Assembly (NCBI GenBank): GCA_040775225.1
Contig: JAXGSX010000002.1
Coordinates: 1-40,064, forward strand
DNA length: 40,064 nt
Source: Kiritimatiellia bacterium
GTDB taxonomy: Bacteria; Verrucomicrobiota; Kiritimatiellia; JAAZAB01
Direction of reading: 5' to 3'
Shown piece after piece: positions 38,501 to 40,064 of the stretch. A model generated the notes under the pieces. That model made no database searches, was not told the origin of the DNA, and worked only from the letters and a program-made list of their open reading frames with translations. Both the position numbers and the translations under genes were made by a program. Position 1 is the stretch's first letter. The number at the start of each line of letters is the position of its first letter.

Positions 38501-39971
38501 TCTGCTGGCGCTGGCCGACCTCAACGGCGTCCAGATGGACATGATCTTCTCCCGGTTTTTCAACCTGGAAGCCCTGAAGGGATACCGCCTGCTGCTGGTG
38601 CCGGACAACAAATATCTTTCCCCGGAGTTCGCCGCGGTCATCCAAGCCTTTATCGAACAGGGCGGGTGCGCCTTCGTCGAAGGCGCCAGTTGCGCCGCCA
38701 ACGACGCCATGCGGAATCTCTGCCAGGGCGGCAAAATTATCGGCGCGGTGGACGGCAAAACCGTCAGCCGCCGCGATATCCATTCCGGGAAACTGCTTTA
38801 TTCCGGTGAATTCATCAGCGAGCGTTTGCCGGTCAACCCCGCCGCCAAGGCGGAGTTGATGGCATTGCTCATCAAAGAAGCCGGCCCGCCGCCGGTCGCC
38901 ATCGAGTCGGCCGGCGCGGCGGACATGGATGCCGTGCTGTATTCCGATGGACGGCGATACCTGCTCAACGTCGTCAACCGCTCGCCCTTCATAGCCTACC
39001 CGGCGCAATTCACCATCAACCCGCCTCTGGGCCAGCCGGCCGCCTGGGTCAACATGCGCACGGGCGAGCATGGTCTGCTCACCAACTCTACCCTGGCATG
39101 CGTCCTGCCGGCGGAATCGGCCGGATTTTTCGCCATCATCCCCAGCCGGGAAGCCGGCCTGCCGGCCGTGCAGCCGGCGCCGCAGACCGCGGCCTGTTAC
39201 TGCCTCCACCGGGGGATGGAATTCCTGCGGCGTCAGAATGATCGTGCAATCGAACCGGCCCAACCTAAAATTCCGGGTAAAATCAACGTGGGGGTGTTCG
39301 TCCATCCCGGCATTAAAAAGAACACGCCGCATTCCGGACAGCTGGGTCTGGCCGAGACCTTGCAACAACCGCCGCCGGACATGGCCGTCACGGTGATTAA
39401 CACACTGGCGCCCGAAACGCTTGGCTCCTTTGACGTGGTGGTGCTCGGCAATATCCGTAAAGCCGCGCCCGCGGAGGGCTGGGAACGGAACATCCGGGAA
39501 TACGTCACGGCCGGCGGCGGCGCGCTCCTGGTGCATCATGCGGTCGGCTATGGCTCGGCCAGCCGCGCCATGTTCCCCGAGATCGGACGGGGCGTAGATT
39601 TTGTGCCCTACCCCGGCATGGAAATTACGGCCGACCATCCGGCCATTACCGGCACGGGATTAGAGCACGGCGTGCCCGGCTTGCATGCCGGGCAGAAATT
39701 CACCGGCGGCTTTCCGGATTTCATCAGCCTGATGCCGGGCGCAAACGGCCAGGTGCTGGTCCGCAGCCAGTCAGGCCGGACCGGCAAGCCCGAAAACGCG
39801 ATCGTGGCCGGGACTGCCGGCGCCGGCCGCACGGTCCTGTGCGGCCTGGAACTAGGCTGCCAGGCCATCCCCCAGCCTGACGGCAGTTTGAATTTTATCA
39901 CCGCGGTTGCTCCCGAACACGAATATAAAATCCTCATGAACGCCATCCGCTGGCTGGCCGCCGGCCCCTAG
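35511..39971 (+). CDS. Giant exported protein (1486 aa): signal peptide, N-terminal, internal and C-terminal ThuA / class-I-glutamine-amidotransferase-like modules, beta-sandwich regions and a central TIM-barrel-like region
   Basis: The start is chosen at MKIPADGGFYRRCGLLCLGGLLAAGAPADA (ATG 35511, after AGGA). The C-terminal module has DVVVLGN...VTAGGGALLVHHAVGY...ILMNAIRWLA, typical of ThuA/DUF4159-like folds. The internal module is YRLLLVPDNKYLSPEFAAVIQAFIEQGGCAFVEG. The track ORF from 35283 overlaps the FHA gene and is an extension artefact. Confidence 0.75.
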   Translation: MKIPADGGFYRRCGLLCLGGLLAAGAPADAGEPAVLALAAGDRVMPQMQRYGVRVEVYHQRKISQTVGVEFENDLAHSRALIVMRGGEHAARDIFARSACREAIREFLARGGALFFDYNTCHAVMSGPGADFLRSIGIPPPPACDQSTLKDYTGVLTGAGLAALGHAPNVLPPAPFSGGFGGWLNPPAGMTALARMAISPQAAVLLECSNAAGGGRVYFSQLAALMTEKHPASFENVWSLLLGENIRAGGPGMPAAAADAFAVANPPANPLYLAEAHKRTAWRLPEYKKRLPILAAEPVGLARRGAPAGIVLDKSVLPGGFRLTTDYGAVIPAQATPLPDGKTEIVFQTDLLPYGHLLFFLYADGPDAPADAAGMPGLAVAESGAILEVANNALVAGFLPDAPGLASLRWRSGCTENAISGWRGIDTGMALAPTRAGANRWTPARVVERGPVRVVVEQREPVSGQSARFVFYAGDMPAVAHDYALPHPGGIVDLASRWAPGGQSANCVMAYESPAGIRLIEARFEKGDMAPAAFDNLQPFMKEGWYAIQDAAGAGVGLCFAREAARIVSLERRAHTGAGSRLRLALEGQHHHALVVLTRAGWQDARAAYIAYRHPPEIRMGAWQTLDAFAPPAIPRPDRDCGQLLYFRSRWMKPGLAADTPAEAGREKARRMIAAAVQYGANIIRPAVEGAQTPASLACWEALVRLAAANGLAIFGFAPPANPITREELQSFDAPRPCPVKDRIYYLRTFGDGAEASARHGGGDYIHVMDEYSWNNTNAAAQALFQQRYGGAMPLPQSANWGDTQDRDYANLLLFRTEIITELARDAAQAIRVHCPRTIVSSVVNYKGLDSPFRWSDLEEHSRYLDMGGIDLYSSLNNYRRLLMYARGAFGNQSRVENCIGYADPGNLAQQMDLCAVYGASMQYFSGSDYFQIAPWKTADIVGPYYRWLKYSGMNSLLNAMAPVKYAAVLRDKALLAETIRNLEMPKEQSNLAVERGLLALADLNGVQMDMIFSRFFNLEALKGYRLLLVPDNKYLSPEFAAVIQAFIEQGGCAFVEGASCAANDAMRNLCQGGKIIGAVDGKTVSRRDIHSGKLLYSGEFISERLPVNPAAKAELMALLIKEAGPPPVAIESAGAADMDAVLYSDGRRYLLNVVNRSPFIAYPAQFTINPPLGQPAAWVNMRTGEHGLLTNSTLACVLPAESAGFFAIIPSREAGLPAVQPAPQTAACYCLHRGMEFLRRQNDRAIEPAQPKIPGKINVGVFVHPGIKKNTPHSGQLGLAETLQQPPPDMAVTVINTLAPETLGSFDVVVLGNIRKAAPAEGWERNIREYVTAGGGALLVHHAVGYGSASRAMFPEIGRGVDFVPYPGMEITADHPAITGTGLEHGVPGLHAGQKFTGGFPDFISLMPGANGQVLVRSQSGRTGKPENAIVAGTAGAGRTVLCGLELGCQAIPQPDGSLNFITAVAPEHEYKILMNAIRWLAAGP

Positions 39972-40064
39972 CCGCCGGACGGCGTCAAAGAACCTTACGC
40001 GCGGGGGGCGATAAAAGTGGGGCAACACCTTTGATGAAATGCTGGCGTTTCAATCCACGCCCCC

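Noticed and set aside
36168-39638. Long minus-strand ORFs (673 aa at 36168-38189 and 418 aa at 38382-39638) opposite the giant exported-protein gene. Similar ORFs occur at 1615-3336 (+), 6024-7289 (-), 14531-15823 (-), 16670-17674 (-) and 9546-10415 (-)
   Set aside because: All are antisense or alternative frames of stronger coding frames. They have an Arg/Gly/Pro/Ala-biased composition and no recognisable motifs, which is expected in DNA of about 65% GC.
40004-40064. A tRNA-like appearance at the window end: GGGGGCG (40004-40010) is complementary to CGCCCCC (40058-40064), with a TTCAAT loop nearby
   Set aside because: Only 61 nt lie between the outer ends of the putative acceptor arms, which is too short for a tRNA. 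No proper D-arm or anticodon arm can be drawn, and the T-arm would need an 8-nt loop that conflicts with the acceptor pairing.

Overview
This is a high-GC (about 63-66% by eye), densely coding bacterial chromosomal window. I call 24 protein genes and find no rRNA, tRNA, CRISPR array, transposase, integrase or phage genes. Most of the window is housekeeping. It holds tsaC/sua5, a purL-purQ-hisH-hisF block joined by ATGA overlaps, smc, hisC, and the conserved minus-strand nusA-infB-rbfA-truB-ribF / rpsO / pnp translation cluster. The uncharacterised content sits in three places. (1) 1417-8885 has a 1209-aa signal-less protein of unknown family, divergent from a multi-PAS hybrid histidine kinase, with an 18-bp perfect palindrome between them. 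(2) 19498-23419 has a TIM-barrel-like domain fused to a Kdo/WaaP-type lipopolysaccharide kinase domain, followed by an ArnT/GT39-like membrane glycosyltransferase. (3) 32276-39971 has a degenerate small-GTPase-like protein with a zinc ribbon plus an FGE/SUMF1-domain lipoprotein on the minus strand. These are divergent from UDP-glucuronate decarboxylase, a small FHA protein and a 1486-aa exported protein carrying several ThuA / class-I-amidotransferase-like modules. Non-coding curiosities are a 160-nt nested inverted-repeat / tandem-hairpin element upstream of tsaC, a structured 309-nt gap with a bidirectional terminator-like hairpin just before smc, and CA-rich leaders on rpsO and pnp. I do not see a canonical defence, secretion or mobile system. 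The candidate novel loci are unusual domain combinations, and their functions are inferred rather than demonstrated. Many long alternative-frame and antisense ORFs in the six-frame track are GC-rich shadow ORFs and were not called. A PVC-superphylum origin (Kiritimatiellota, Verrucomicrobiota or Lentisphaerota-like) is a low-confidence guess based on gene content.
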